Assembly (NCBI GenBank): GCA_963845085.1
Contig: CAWJQI010000005.1
Coordinates: 975,433-1,039,432, forward strand
DNA length: 64,000 nucleotides
Direction: 5' to 3'
DNA from: Candidatus Fermentibacterota bacterium
Lineage (GTDB): Bacteria > Fermentibacterota > Fermentibacteria > Fermentibacterales > JCC-6
Within the stretch, counting starts at the first letter, position 1. Each line of letters starts with the position of its first letter. Of the stretch, positions 39,599 to 48,952 are shown in pieces. The notes below the pieces were generated by a model. The model made no database searches. It was not told where the DNA came from and saw only the letters and a program-made list of their open reading frames with translations. A program made the translations under genes and the position numbers.

Positions 39599-41219
39599 CG
39601 TTACCTCCATCTCGGGGATGGCAAACTATTCCCCTGCGCAGTTCCGGTGTCCACAACCCCGGTGCGCCCATTGAGAAGGATGCGGCCACGCAAAGCGCGG
39701 CGGAGGCCCATACCCACCATGGCAGTTCGAGGATCGTCCCTTCGGGCAGCACTGGCAGACTCAGCGCCCATGCCGCACAAAGGATCAACAGGGGCGCAAG
39801 CATGCGCCGGAATGGAAAAGGGGACTTTACGAGGGCCTGCGATCCATCGGGAAAAAGAAGGCTCACCGCGCAGAAGACCGCGGCGGCGAAAGCCACGACG
39901 AACACCACGGGCAGGGTGAAACCCGTTTTCAGGATGCCAAAGTGAAAAAGCGCTGTGAGCAGCGCTCCCGCTGCAATCCCCGAGAAGGCGCCCGCTTTCG
40001 AGGCTCTTTTCCAGTACAAGGTGCCCAGGTAGACCGGGAACAGCGCAGCCAGGCCGGTGAAGGTCTCACGTGCAAGCTGAAGGAAGGATTCGGGAGGACT
40101 ATAGGACAGAAGAAGCCCCGTGGCGGCGAGAACGACGACGAGCGCCTTTCCCGCCCACATGGGAGCCCTGCCACCAGAGAGGGGTTCCCAGATGTCCCGC
40201 ACGAACATCGACGAGAGCGTGAGAAGCTGCGAGTCCATGGTTGACATCAGGGCTGCAAGCCCTGCGGTCACGAGAAGCGATTCCAGCACTCCGGGACACG
40301 CCCTCGCAAGCAGAAGGGGAAGGACCTGGTCCACCCCCGCGCCGTCAGGGAGCTCGGGCATCCAGTGTCTTGCAACAACACCCATGGTTACGGGAACCAG
40401 GAAAAGGGCACCGGTCAGGAGCGGGTAGATCCTTGCGGAAAGGGCGAGAGACCTTCCCCCCGATGCGGCGAAGAACCGCTGGAACAGCTGGGGAAACATC
40501 GGGTCGGCCCAGATCCAGAGCAGCATGTAGCCGAGCCAGATCCCCGGGGCGAATCCCGGCCCCCTTCTGAACAGCTCGGGATTGGTCCGTGCAACATCCC
40601 CGAGCATCGACCATCCGCCGCCGCGGTTCAAAAGGAAAACCAGCACGATGATCATGAGCAGGGGCATGAGAAGCCCCTGAAAGCAGTCAGTGAGGGCCAC
40701 ACCCCTAAGGCCGGATCGGAACGTGTAAAGAACCATCACAAGGACGGTCAGAGACGCGCCTGCGGAGTACGGCAGCCCGAAAAGGCTTTCGAGTGCGTAG
40801 CCCGCCGCCATGGGCTGCATGGCCAGGTAGGGAAGCGTGAGTGCGGTCATTACGATGAACGAGGCGGTGCCGACCAGTCTTCCGCCGTAGCGGCAGCCCA
40901 ATATCTCCGAGGGGCTCACCAGCCTTCCGGCAAGCCCTGCTCCGTGCACCGGAACACCGATGACGAGGAACATCACCGCCATCAGGCCTGTTCCGACCGC
41001 CATCTGGGGGTAGTACTGGAAGCCGGACGCGTAGCCCTGCCCGCTGAATCCGAAGACCGTGAATGCGCTGAAGTTGGTTGCCGACAGGGTGAGGAGGGTG
41101 ACAACCGGGGAAAGCTTTCTCGAGGCAAGGAAGTACGCCTCGTCACCCCTTCCGACGCCTTTGCGCGCAACCCAGCCCAGAAGGAGCAGAATGCCGAGGT
41201 ATAGAGAAATAACGATCAA
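39540..41219 (-). CDS. Sodium:solute symporter family protein (PanF-like)
   Basis: YFLASR, ATNFSAFTVFG, TDCFQG, AALMSTMDSQLL; GGAGG RBS before TTG 41219. Confidence 0.9.
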   Translation of the reverse strand: MIVISLYLGILLLLGWVARKGVGRGDEAYFLASRKLSPVVTLLTLSATNFSAFTVFGFSGQGYASGFQYYPQMAVGTGLMAVMFLVIGVPVHGAGLAGRLVSPSEILGCRYGGRLVGTASFIVMTALTLPYLAMQPMAAGYALESLFGLPYSAGASLTVLVMVLYTFRSGLRGVALTDCFQGLLMPLLMIIVLVFLLNRGGGWSMLGDVARTNPELFRRGPGFAPGIWLGYMLLWIWADPMFPQLFQRFFAASGGRSLALSARIYPLLTGALFLVPVTMGVVARHWMPELPDGAGVDQVLPLLLARACPGVLESLLVTAGLAALMSTMDSQLLTLSSMFVRDIWEPLSGGRAPMWAGKALVVVLAATGLLLSYSPPESFLQLARETFTGLAALFPVYLGTLYWKRASKAGAFSGIAAGALLTALFHFGILKTGFTLPVVFVVAFAAAVFCAVSLLFPDGSQALVKSPFPFRRMLAPLLILCAAWALSLPVLPEGTILELPWWVWASAALCVAASFSMGAPGLWTPELRRGIVCHPRDGGNDAPCNDSSAAPSPGGHSRC

Positions 41220-41312
41220 AACGAACCTCCCTGAAGAATTGGAGCAGGCTGGGTGGCCTTCAGGGAGGCCTGGCATGCCTGGACGGCGGCAATATAACCG
41301 CATAGTTTACCT

Positions 41313-41394
41313 GCGGGATTGGGGGTGGCCCTAAGGGCCTGAGATCATACCCCTGGAACTTGAACGGATTCGAATCCGCGGAAGGAAATCCTGC
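41313..41394 (+). ncRNA. TPP riboswitch
   Basis: GGGGT...CTGAGA.CATACCC...GAACTTGA...GCGGAAGG with closing stem GCGGGATT/AATCCTGC, upstream of thiM. Confidence 0.9.
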
Positions 41395-41416
41395 CGCACA
41401 GCCTTGGAAGGTACCC

Positions 41417-42220
41417 ATGAAAGCATCCCTTGATGTTAACGCCCTGGCGCATCTGGTCAGCACGCGTCGACCACTGGTGCATCACATCACAAACGACGTT
41501 GTGATGAACTTCACCGCGAACATCACTCTCGCGCTGGGCGCTTCACCCGTGATGGCTTCGTGCGCTCTCGAGTCCCCGGAGATGGCGGGGCACGCCGGAG
41601 CCCTGCTTCTAAACATCGGAACGCTGACCCCTGCGCTTGTCGAGAGCATGATCGCAGCCGGCGAAGAGGCGGCAAAGCTTTCCATCCCGGTGATCTTCGA
41701 TCCCGTGGGAGTGGGGGCGACGAACCTTCGCACCCGCGCAGGTCTTGAGATCATGCAGAAACTCAGGGTCGCAGCCGTAAGGGGCAATGCGGGTGAGGTT
41801 CTCTCCCTTGCGGGCGCCCAGGGCGCGGTGAGGGGGGTGGATTCGCTCGAGAGCGGGGCGGGCAGGCAGGCCTTCTTCATGGAGTATGCCAGAAGAACAG
41901 GGTCGGTGATCGCGGTCACGGGCCAGACCGATTTCGTGACGGACGGAAGAAAATGGATCAGCTGCGGTAACGGGCACCCCCTGATGGCCCGGGTCACGGG
42001 CACCGGGTGTGGTGCAACGACCGCGGTAGCCTGTTTCGCCGCTGCAGGCATACCCGTGTTCGAGGCGGCTGCAGCAGGTCTTGCACTTTACGCACTTGCG
42101 GGGCAGTCCGCCGGTGACAGGGCGGCCGGACCCGGAAGCTTCGTTCCCCTCTTCATCGATGCGCTTGCCGACCCCGATTCGCTGCCCTGGGGGAAACTCG
42201 CACTGGAGGCCGGTGATTGA
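41417..42220 (+). CDS. thiM: Hydroxyethylthiazole kinase
   Basis: PLVHHITNDV, NIGTL, DPVGVGA, RGNAGE, VTGTGC. Confidence 0.95.
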   Translation: MKASLDVNALAHLVSTRRPLVHHITNDVVMNFTANITLALGASPVMASCALESPEMAGHAGALLLNIGTLTPALVESMIAAGEEAAKLSIPVIFDPVGVGATNLRTRAGLEIMQKLRVAAVRGNAGEVLSLAGAQGAVRGVDSLESGAGRQAFFMEYARRTGSVIAVTGQTDFVTDGRKWISCGNGHPLMARVTGTGCGATTAVACFAAAGIPVFEAAAAGLALYALAGQSAGDRAAGPGSFVPLFIDALADPDSLPWGKLALEAGD

Positions 42221-42864
42221 CGCTTCGTGAAGCACTCATCCTCTACCTTGTGACCGACCCGGTCCTGTGCGGACCGGCCGGGGTGCTGCCTCAATGCCGG
42301 AAGGCGCTGGGGGCGGGAGTGCGTTTTCTCCAGCTCCGGGACAAGGAAGCCACCACTCGTTCGCTCCTGGCCACGGCCAACGCACTGGCCCCGCTGTGCA
42401 GGGATGCCGGCTGCCTTTTCGTGGTGAACGACAGGGTGGACGTCGCAATGGCAGCGGGAGCGGACGGGGTTCACCTGGGGTCCGATGACATGCCCGCAGC
42501 CGAGGCCAGGAGGCTTCTGGGACCCCTTGCGATAATGGGGGTTTCGGTCAGAAGCCCCGAAGAAGCTGTAACGGCATGGAAGGACGGCGCGAACTACCTG
42601 GCTGCCAACATCGTGTTCGCCACCCCGACCAAGCCCGATCCGAGAAGCCCCCTGGGGCTTGACGGGATAAGGGCGCTTGCCGGTGCGACTCCCCTTCCGC
42701 TCGTTGCCATCGGCGGTATCAACAGGCACAACGCCCGAAGCGTGATGGAAGCCGGTGCCGACGGAGTCGCCGTCGTGAGCGCGATCATGGGATCCCCCGA
42801 CCCCGGACAGGCTGCCGCGGAATTGCTTGCCGAAGTTCGGGGGGGAACCGGGGACGGGAAGTGA
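42217..42864 (+). CDS. thiE: Thiamine-phosphate synthase
   Basis: LQLRDK, VNDRVDVA, GVHLG, TPTK, AIGGI. Confidence 0.95.
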   Translation: MTLREALILYLVTDPVLCGPAGVLPQCRKALGAGVRFLQLRDKEATTRSLLATANALAPLCRDAGCLFVVNDRVDVAMAAGADGVHLGSDDMPAAEARRLLGPLAIMGVSVRSPEEAVTAWKDGANYLAANIVFATPTKPDPRSPLGLDGIRALAGATPLPLVAIGGINRHNARSVMEAGADGVAVVSAIMGSPDPGQAAAELLAEVRGGTGDGK

Positions 42865-42894
42865 TTCCCGCCCCCTGATCGTTTCCCGGCATGC

Positions 42895-44019
42895 TCAGGC
42901 GGCGGGAATCCGCTCGCCGGGCCTCGTGATGGAAAATGAACCCGATCTGATCCATGACCTGAGTATCCCGGCGATCTCAACAGCTCCGGGGCGGTTCGAC
43001 ATGTTGAAGGTGGGAATGTCCTTTCCCATCAGCCTGATGGAACCGTTGAGAAGATCAGAGCACGATGCCATCCCGAGGATGCCGGGGTTGTTTTCCGGGT
43101 AGTCCACCCCGTAGTCGACCACGGGTGAGAGGATGCATTCGTCCGAGACTCCCGTGAACGAGGCGATCTCCTCGTCCAGAACCGGAATGGGAACACCGAT
43201 TCCCACCATGAGCGAGATCCCGTACCCGGCGAGGTTCACGGACCTGAGCCATCTCGGGTTCATCCCCATCATGTCGCCCCTCACGGAAAGCGTCCCCGCC
43301 CCGCGCAGCGGCAGACCCCCGCGACCCCTGGGAGGTTCGGGATCGTGCTGCGTACCGCAGCCCGTCACGAAGCCGGTCCCACCTCCGAGAAAGATCCTTG
43401 TCCCCACCCCGATCGTTCTGAAGAACGGGTCGTTCAGGAGCGGAGAGTACTCGCCTGCGCTCGAGAAGCCGGCGTTGGCCATTCCCGGTTTCAACACGCC
43501 CAGATATGTCCGGATTGTCCTCTCCGTGGTATTCACGGCGACATTGTAGTTCTGGTAGGCGTTGCGGAAATTGTAGAGCTCGGCGCTTTTGAAGTCCGAA
43601 AGCGCCATGATGCGGTCAACGTGCTTCCTGGGGTAGCAATCCGATCCGTGGCCGCTCCCCGTGAGCCTTACGCACTTCCCCTCAACAAGCTCCTGGATTA
43701 CATCCGCGCCTCCGTAGTCATCATCGTTGCCGCGGGCGGTGGCCCCAAGGTAGAGGTCCACGGCGGCCATGCCCGCATAGGCGGGCACACCGTTGAGAAA
43801 GGCCTCGCGAAAGTTGATGCGCGGGCTGGTGTGGCCCGTGTTGAGAAGGACACCGCTCGAGCACATCGCCCCGAAGGTGGCAGTCGTCACGACATCAACC
43901 TGCCGGGCGGCTTTCTCCGTCCCCTGCTCCCGGACGAACTCAGTCATCTCGCCCGCGGTCAGAACCACCGCATCACCCCGGAATATCTTCTCGTTTATCT
44001 CTTCAAGGCTTTTCGCCAT
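42895..44019 (-). CDS. Homocysteine biosynthesis protein (DUF39/COG1900, aspartate-semialdehyde sulfurtransferase-like)
   Basis: EINEKI..G.AVVLTA.EM, VDVVTTATFGAMCSSG, RNAYQNY, SPLLNDP, GTQH. Confidence 0.9.
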   Translation of the reverse strand: MAKSLEEINEKIFRGDAVVLTAGEMTEFVREQGTEKAARQVDVVTTATFGAMCSSGVLLNTGHTSPRINFREAFLNGVPAYAGMAAVDLYLGATARGNDDDYGGADVIQELVEGKCVRLTGSGHGSDCYPRKHVDRIMALSDFKSAELYNFRNAYQNYNVAVNTTERTIRTYLGVLKPGMANAGFSSAGEYSPLLNDPFFRTIGVGTRIFLGGGTGFVTGCGTQHDPEPPRGRGGLPLRGAGTLSVRGDMMGMNPRWLRSVNLAGYGISLMVGIGVPIPVLDEEIASFTGVSDECILSPVVDYGVDYPENNPGILGMASCSDLLNGSIRLMGKDIPTFNMSNRPGAVEIAGILRSWIRSGSFSITRPGERIPAA

Positions 44020-44738
44020 CACGCATCCTCCATCCTGATGGCCCCCCAGATTCCCAGGCTTCCGCCAAAGCACACCACAAGCGCCGTAAGCCGGTGCCTG
44101 CATGACTCAAGCGCAATCACCCTCTGCACGTCGGCATCGGACCTCACACTGTTGCCGATCGCTGTAGCAGCTGCATCGGCCATCGCTCCTGACGGATGAA
44201 CAGCGGTCACCGAGTCGGCCGTGCCGAAGGACAACGAAGGCCCCATCCTCCCGCTGGAGGTGCAGACGGCCATGCCTTTGCCGCAGTCCACGCTGAACAC
44301 GAGGTTGCCGTTGAACGGTGAGCCCTCTCCCGGATAGATCATGAAGCGCAGCCTTCCCGGGTGGACCGCCCAGATGTCACCGCCGTTCTCCACGATGACC
44401 GTGGGCGAAAACAATCTGAGCTGCTCACCGACCCCCTGGGCCACCGCACCTGCCACTGCGGCCATCGGTCCCGTTCCAAAAGCCTCCGCCGCCGCCTCCA
44501 TCTCTTTTGCTATCCCGCACCGGGGGGCTGTGCTGATCGGAACCATCGATTCTCCAAAGACGGGATGCATTCCGATATGGGTCTCAAGGTCTCTCCTGCA
44601 TGACGCAAGAGCCCTTGCCGCGAAACCCTTCATGGGCTTCGAGGCGTGGATTTCGAGGTCACTTTCCGCGAGGGCGGTTCTCCACGAATGAAGCTTCCCC
44701 CCTGCGGTCAAGCCGCGATAGAATCTTTGGGTGTACAA
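44019..44738 (-). CDS. UPF0280/COG2122 ApbE-like protein
   Basis: GPMAAVAGA, VENGGDI, CTSSG..GPSLSFG.AD, ADAAATA. Confidence 0.9.
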   Translation of the reverse strand: MYTQRFYRGLTAGGKLHSWRTALAESDLEIHASKPMKGFAARALASCRRDLETHIGMHPVFGESMVPISTAPRCGIAKEMEAAAEAFGTGPMAAVAGAVAQGVGEQLRLFSPTVIVENGGDIWAVHPGRLRFMIYPGEGSPFNGNLVFSVDCGKGMAVCTSSGRMGPSLSFGTADSVTAVHPSGAMADAAATAIGNSVRSDADVQRVIALESCRHRLTALVVCFGGSLGIWGAIRMEDA

Positions 44739-44816
44739 CTTTTGTCTCCGCTGGTTAAGTCGTTTCCCTGTCTGCCTGCAACACGGCCGCGAGGGCCCCT
44801 GGAGGAATGACCGCCG

Positions 44817-44912
44817 TCACCCCTTCAGGGGCCCGGGCATTGTCATGCTCACGCAGCGGGAATCCAGCGCAAAGGCATGGGAGAGGCCGGACGACCTGTC
44901 AGTCTGATTCAT
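44817..44912 (-). CDS. Putative 31-aa leader peptide
   Basis: GGGAGGTG RBS and ATG; MNQTDRSSGLSHAFALDSRCVSMTMPGPLKG*; the stop lies inside a long hairpin. Confidence 0.45.
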   Translation of the reverse strand: MNQTDRSSGLSHAFALDSRCVSMTMPGPLKG

Positions 44913-44930
44913 CGGCACACCTCCCTGTGT

Positions 44931-44961
44931 AAAAGAAAACCGCCTGCATGCATCAGGCGGT
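44931..44961 (-). terminator. Intrinsic terminator of the SAM riboswitch expression platform
   Basis: CCGCCTG-ATGCATG-CAGGCGG followed by TTTTCTTTT. Confidence 0.85.
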
Positions 44962-44966
44962 GAAAT

Positions 44967-45056
44967 GCAGGTTTTTTCGCTTTCACGCACATCGGCCTAA
45001 GCCTGCCACCGTGGACCTGCGTCTCGGTTGGCGACCCGAAAGGGGTCTCCTGATGC
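44967..45056 (-). ncRNA. SAM-I/IV variant riboswitch
   Basis: GCATC-AGGAG-[P2 ACCC/GGGT]-GCCAACC-[P3, loop GCAG]-GGTGGC-[P4 GGC TTAG GCC]-GATGT-[P5, GAAA loop]-ACCTGC; the 3' ACCTGC can pair with GCAGGT as a pseudoknot. Confidence 0.85.
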
Positions 45057-45062
45057 GATGGC

Positions 45063-45091
45063 AATATCCTGCGGGTTTCGCGAAAAGTCAA
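45063..45091 (-). promoter_or_regulatory. sigma-70-like promoter for the SAM-I/IV leader
   Basis: TTGACT-N17-GATATT; the predicted start falls at the aptamer 5' end. Confidence 0.55.
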
Positions 45092-45201
45092 TGCCTCTTG
45101 CGCCCGATCCGGGTATGAGATAATATTTGGGCATCTCCGCTGGTCTTCCGGGTTCCCGGAAGCGTTTCCGCACAATTCACAGAAGCTCGAAAGGCAGATC
45201 C

Positions 45202-46079
45202 ATGCGAATTGCGGAACTCTATGGCGGAGCGGGTCCGGTATTCTCTCTCGAGGTTTTCCCCCCGAAGCCCGGATACCCCTTTGAAACGGTTTTTGACACC
45301 CTTTCCGGTCTGGCTGACCTTCACCCCGGCTTCATCAGCGTCACATACAATGCTGCGGCAGAAAGCAGCGGGCGCACCGAAGACATCGCCTCGAGGATCA
45401 GACGGGACTACGGGCTCGAATCCCTGGCCCACCTCACCTGTCTGTCCCATGGCCGGGCCGAGATACAGCGCATTCTGGGCCGCCTTTCAGCGCGGGGCGT
45501 TTGGAAAATGTTCTTGCGCTTCGGGGCGACCCCTGCGGCGAGCGATCCGGAGCAGCCGCTGATTTCAGCCATGCTGACCAGCTCATCCGTGAGATCAGAC
45601 AGAGGGGAGACTTCTGCATCGGGGCCGCTGCCTATCCGGAGGGGCACATCGAGTCGCCCGGCATCCAGCGGGACCTCGACCTTTTGAAGAACAAGGTTGA
45701 CTCCGGCGCTGATTTCCTGATCACTCAGCTGTTTTTCGACAACCGGACGTACTTCGATTTCCTGCAGAGGGCTCGTCAGAAGGGCATCGAGGTCCCCGTG
45801 ATACCGGGAATCATGCCCGTGCTCAACTTCAGGCAGATCAAGCGGATCATCTACCTCTGCGGTGTTTCAATACCGGCAAGACTCCTCCGGATCTTCGACA
45901 GATTCGGCAACAGCAGCCACGACCTTAAAAAGGCAGGCATCGACTACGCTGTGGAGCAGATAAGCGGCCTGCTCTCACAGGGAACGCCCGGAATACATCT
46001 CTACACCATGAACCGGGTCGCCGAGATAAGGCGGATCGTCACGGAAAGCGGGATTGAGCGGATGGAGAGCAGCGCATGA
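45202..46079 (+). CDS. metF: 5,10-methylenetetrahydrofolate reductase, frameshifted near 45500
   Basis: FSLEVFPPK and AHLTC in one frame; ENVLALRGD, AAYPEGH, ITQLFFD, HLYTMN in another. Confidence 0.9.
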
Positions 46080-46648
46080 CAAGAAGCGTGTTCAACCCTG
46101 CGCCACCTCCCGTTCCCGATGTACCGCGCGTTCTCTGGCGTTCGGGGACCCCGCCGTCGAAAGCCGGGGCGCGCCTTGAGAGATGTGCCGGCGAAGCCAT
46201 CAGACAACTCTCGGAGGTGATGCGGCCACAGGCGCAGACCTTCACCGGCACACGGCTTCCCGATGTGCTTGAAGGTTGCTTCGGGAACGGGCTTGAGGGG
46301 GCTTCGGCTGTTACGGTTCTCATCGCGACCCTCGGACGCGGGGTTGACGAGCGCCTCGATGAACTCCTCGGGGCCGGGCTGTTTCTGCCTGCACACATGT
46401 TCGATTCCGCAGCCAGCGAGGCGGTGGAACTTCTCGCGGCGGCAGTCCAGTTGAGATCGGCCCGCTGTTTCCCGGGAATGTGCCCGACGGCGCGCCTGGC
46501 ACCCGGCTACCGCGGGGTTCCGCTCGAGGTGCAGGCCTCGATCACAGGGCTGTTCCCGGGGATGGGGGTTGCCTGCACTGAAAATTACTATCTTGTTCCT
46601 GCCAAAACAATAACGGGGGTATGGGGATGGGTGCGGCAAAAGAACTGA
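46076..46648 (+). CDS. Stand-alone methionine synthase activation-domain-like protein
   Basis: ATLG..VD, D.AASEAVE, RLAPGY, L.PAKTITG; lies between metF and metH. Confidence 0.8.
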   Translation: MTRSVFNPAPPPVPDVPRVLWRSGTPPSKAGARLERCAGEAIRQLSEVMRPQAQTFTGTRLPDVLEGCFGNGLEGASAVTVLIATLGRGVDERLDELLGAGLFLPAHMFDSAASEAVELLAAAVQLRSARCFPGMCPTARLAPGYRGVPLEVQASITGLFPGMGVACTENYYLVPAKTITGVWGWVRQKN

Positions 46649-48945
46649 GAAGCCTTCTCTCGAAACGCGTGGTCTTTCTGGACGGTGCGATGGGAACCAT
46701 GCTGATGAAGGAGGGGATGCCTCCGGGCGCCTGCCCTGAAAGATGGGCGGCATCGAACCCCCGAAGGCTTGCAGCGATCCACCACGCTTACGCCCGGGCA
46801 GGCAGCGACGTGGTGCTTTCCTGCACCTTCGGCGGAACCTCCCGCAGGCTCGGAGAAGAACCGGAACGGCTCAACACGGTCCTTGCGGAATGTCTTCTGA
46901 AGGCCACCGACGGGCTTGCCATCCCCGCAGCCAGCATGGGTCCGACGGGTGTTCTGATGGACCCGCTTGGCAGCATGACATGGATCGAGGCCTACCGCGA
47001 GTTCCTCTCACAGGCAAAGGCACTCGTGCGCGCAGGAATCGAGGTCTTCTTCCTCGAAACCTTTTCGGACCCCCGGGAGTTGAAGGCCGCCGCGCTCGCA
47101 GTGAGAGACGCCTGCCCCGACGGGTTCACAAGCGCCCAGATGAGCTTTGACGATCGCGGCACAAGCCTCTCGGGCACCTCTCCCGAGCTGCTTGCCATTC
47201 TTGCGGAACAGCTGCCGGTTGATGCAGTCGGGGCAAACTGCTCGGTGGGACCCGACTCTCTGGTCGCGGTGGCCAGAGAAATCAGGGAACACACCCGGAA
47301 ACCAGTCTCGATTGAACCCAACGCGGGGCTGCCTGACAATGAAGGAAGACACGGCATGTCACCCGGGGCTTTCGCCTCGCGCTGCGAAGACATCGTATGG
47401 AGCGGTGCATCCATGATAGGAGGCTGCTGTGGAACGGGGCCTGCGCACATCAGAGCGCTCAGAACCCTGGTCGGTGACAGAAAAGCTGTCTCGGCGCCAC
47501 GCGTTCGCAGGAGAGCGCTCACTTCGATGACAGCAGTGGTTCACCTCGGGCGGGAACTTGTTCTTGTGGGTGAGGGCATCAACCCTTCGGGAAAAAGGGG
47601 GCTCAGGGAGGCGATCCGCTCGGGTGACACCGGCTCTTTGCTTTCCCTGGCAGGAAGACAGGCCGGCGCGAGCGTTCTGGACGTCAACCTAGGCCTCGAG
47701 CGCATGATCCCGGAAGGTTTCGTTTCCAGGCTGTTCTCGAGGCTTGCAGCCGGTCCCCCGCTTTCCGTCGACCTTTCGGATCCCGACAACATCGAGCTTG
47801 CCTTTCGCGAATCAGGCGGGATTGGAGTTCTCAACTCCCTGACCTGCGAAAGGGAATTCATGGAGAAGAGGCTGGAAACCCTCATGAGGCACGGAGGCTA
47901 CGCCGTGCTTCTTCCGATCGACCGGAATGGTTCTGCGGAGACGCCTTCCGAAAGGGTGGAGCTTCTCAGGCGGGGCATGGCGATCCTCAAAGAGTCGGGC
48001 TTCCCCGGCTGGAGGGTGATTGCCGATCCGATCGTTGCATCGATGGCCTCCGGCGCGGATCCGGACGGTACCGTGAAAACGCTCCGACGCATGAAAAAAC
48101 GGGGATGGCTGACCATAGCCGGGGTATCGAACGTATCCCACGGGCTTCCGGAGAGGGCAGCGCTGAATCTGGCATTTCTTGCGACCCTTGCGGGGGAGGG
48201 CCTTGATCTGGCCATTGTTGACGTGACCCGTCCGGAAACCGTGCTTGCCGCCAGGGGAGGCCAGATCCTCTCCGGGCGGATCCCGCCGACCATGGCCCTT
48301 GAACCATTCGACGATCCCCGGGAAGCCTGCAGCCCCCTTGAAGATGCCATAATCAGAGGCGATGCGGTCGAAACACTGAAGTGTGCGGGCGACCTTCTGG
48401 CATCGGGAACGGAACCCTGCCGGCTTGTCACCGATCACCTTCAGAAGGCCATGACAAGGCTGGGCGAACTCTACGACAGGAGGAAGGTGTTCCTTCCCCA
48501 TCTGATCGCGGGGGCCGAGGCTGCACAGGCCCTGACCGGCCTCGTGAAACCGCTGATTGGAGAGGGCTCGGCTGTTTCCCGCGGAACGATAGTTCTTGCC
48601 ACGGTACAGGGGGATGTGCACGACATCGGAAAGAACCTTGTAGCGCTGTTCCTTGAGAGTGCGGGGTTCAGGGTGGTTGATCTGGGCAGGGATGTTCGTT
48701 CCGAGCTCATCGTCAGGACTGCCGTGGAAGAGAATGCCTCGGCGGTCGCCCTGTCCGCGTTGATGAGCAGCACCGCCTCACGAATGGAGGAAGTGGTCGG
48801 CCTTCTTCGAAAGGAGGGGTTGAAAATACCCGTTGTTGTAGGAGGGGCTGTCATCACCGGCGAGTTTGCCGGGAAGATCGGCGCGCGTTATGCCAGGGAA
48901 GCGTTCGGGGTGGTGAAGGCCCTTGAGGACATTGCGGGAGTGTGA
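46621..48945 (+). CDS. metH: Cobalamin-dependent methionine synthase (Hcy, pterin and B12 domains; no activation domain)
   Basis: LDGAMGT, GANCS, GGCCG, GVSNVSHG, GDVHDIGKN. Confidence 0.92.
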   Translation: MGMGAAKELRSLLSKRVVFLDGAMGTMLMKEGMPPGACPERWAASNPRRLAAIHHAYARAGSDVVLSCTFGGTSRRLGEEPERLNTVLAECLLKATDGLAIPAASMGPTGVLMDPLGSMTWIEAYREFLSQAKALVRAGIEVFFLETFSDPRELKAAALAVRDACPDGFTSAQMSFDDRGTSLSGTSPELLAILAEQLPVDAVGANCSVGPDSLVAVAREIREHTRKPVSIEPNAGLPDNEGRHGMSPGAFASRCEDIVWSGASMIGGCCGTGPAHIRALRTLVGDRKAVSAPRVRRRALTSMTAVVHLGRELVLVGEGINPSGKRGLREAIRSGDTGSLLSLAGRQAGASVLDVNLGLERMIPEGFVSRLFSRLAAGPPLSVDLSDPDNIELAFRESGGIGVLNSLTCEREFMEKRLETLMRHGGYAVLLPIDRNGSAETPSERVELLRRGMAILKESGFPGWRVIADPIVASMASGADPDGTVKTLRRMKKRGWLTIAGVSNVSHGLPERAALNLAFLATLAGEGLDLAIVDVTRPETVLAARGGQILSGRIPPTMALEPFDDPREACSPLEDAIIRGDAVETLKCAGDLLASGTEPCRLVTDHLQKAMTRLGELYDRRKVFLPHLIAGAEAAQALTGLVKPLIGEGSAVSRGTIVLATVQGDVHDIGKNLVALFLESAGFRVVDLGRDVRSELIVRTAVEENASAVALSALMSSTASRMEEVVGLLRKEGLKIPVVVGGAVITGEFAGKIGARYAREAFGVVKALEDIAGV

Positions 48946-48952
48946 TCCCCGC

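Noticed and set aside
45120..45201. Riboswitch in the metF leader
   Set aside because: Only a small hairpin (CTTCCGGG...CCCGGAAG); no SAM, SAH, THF or ZTP consensus recognised.
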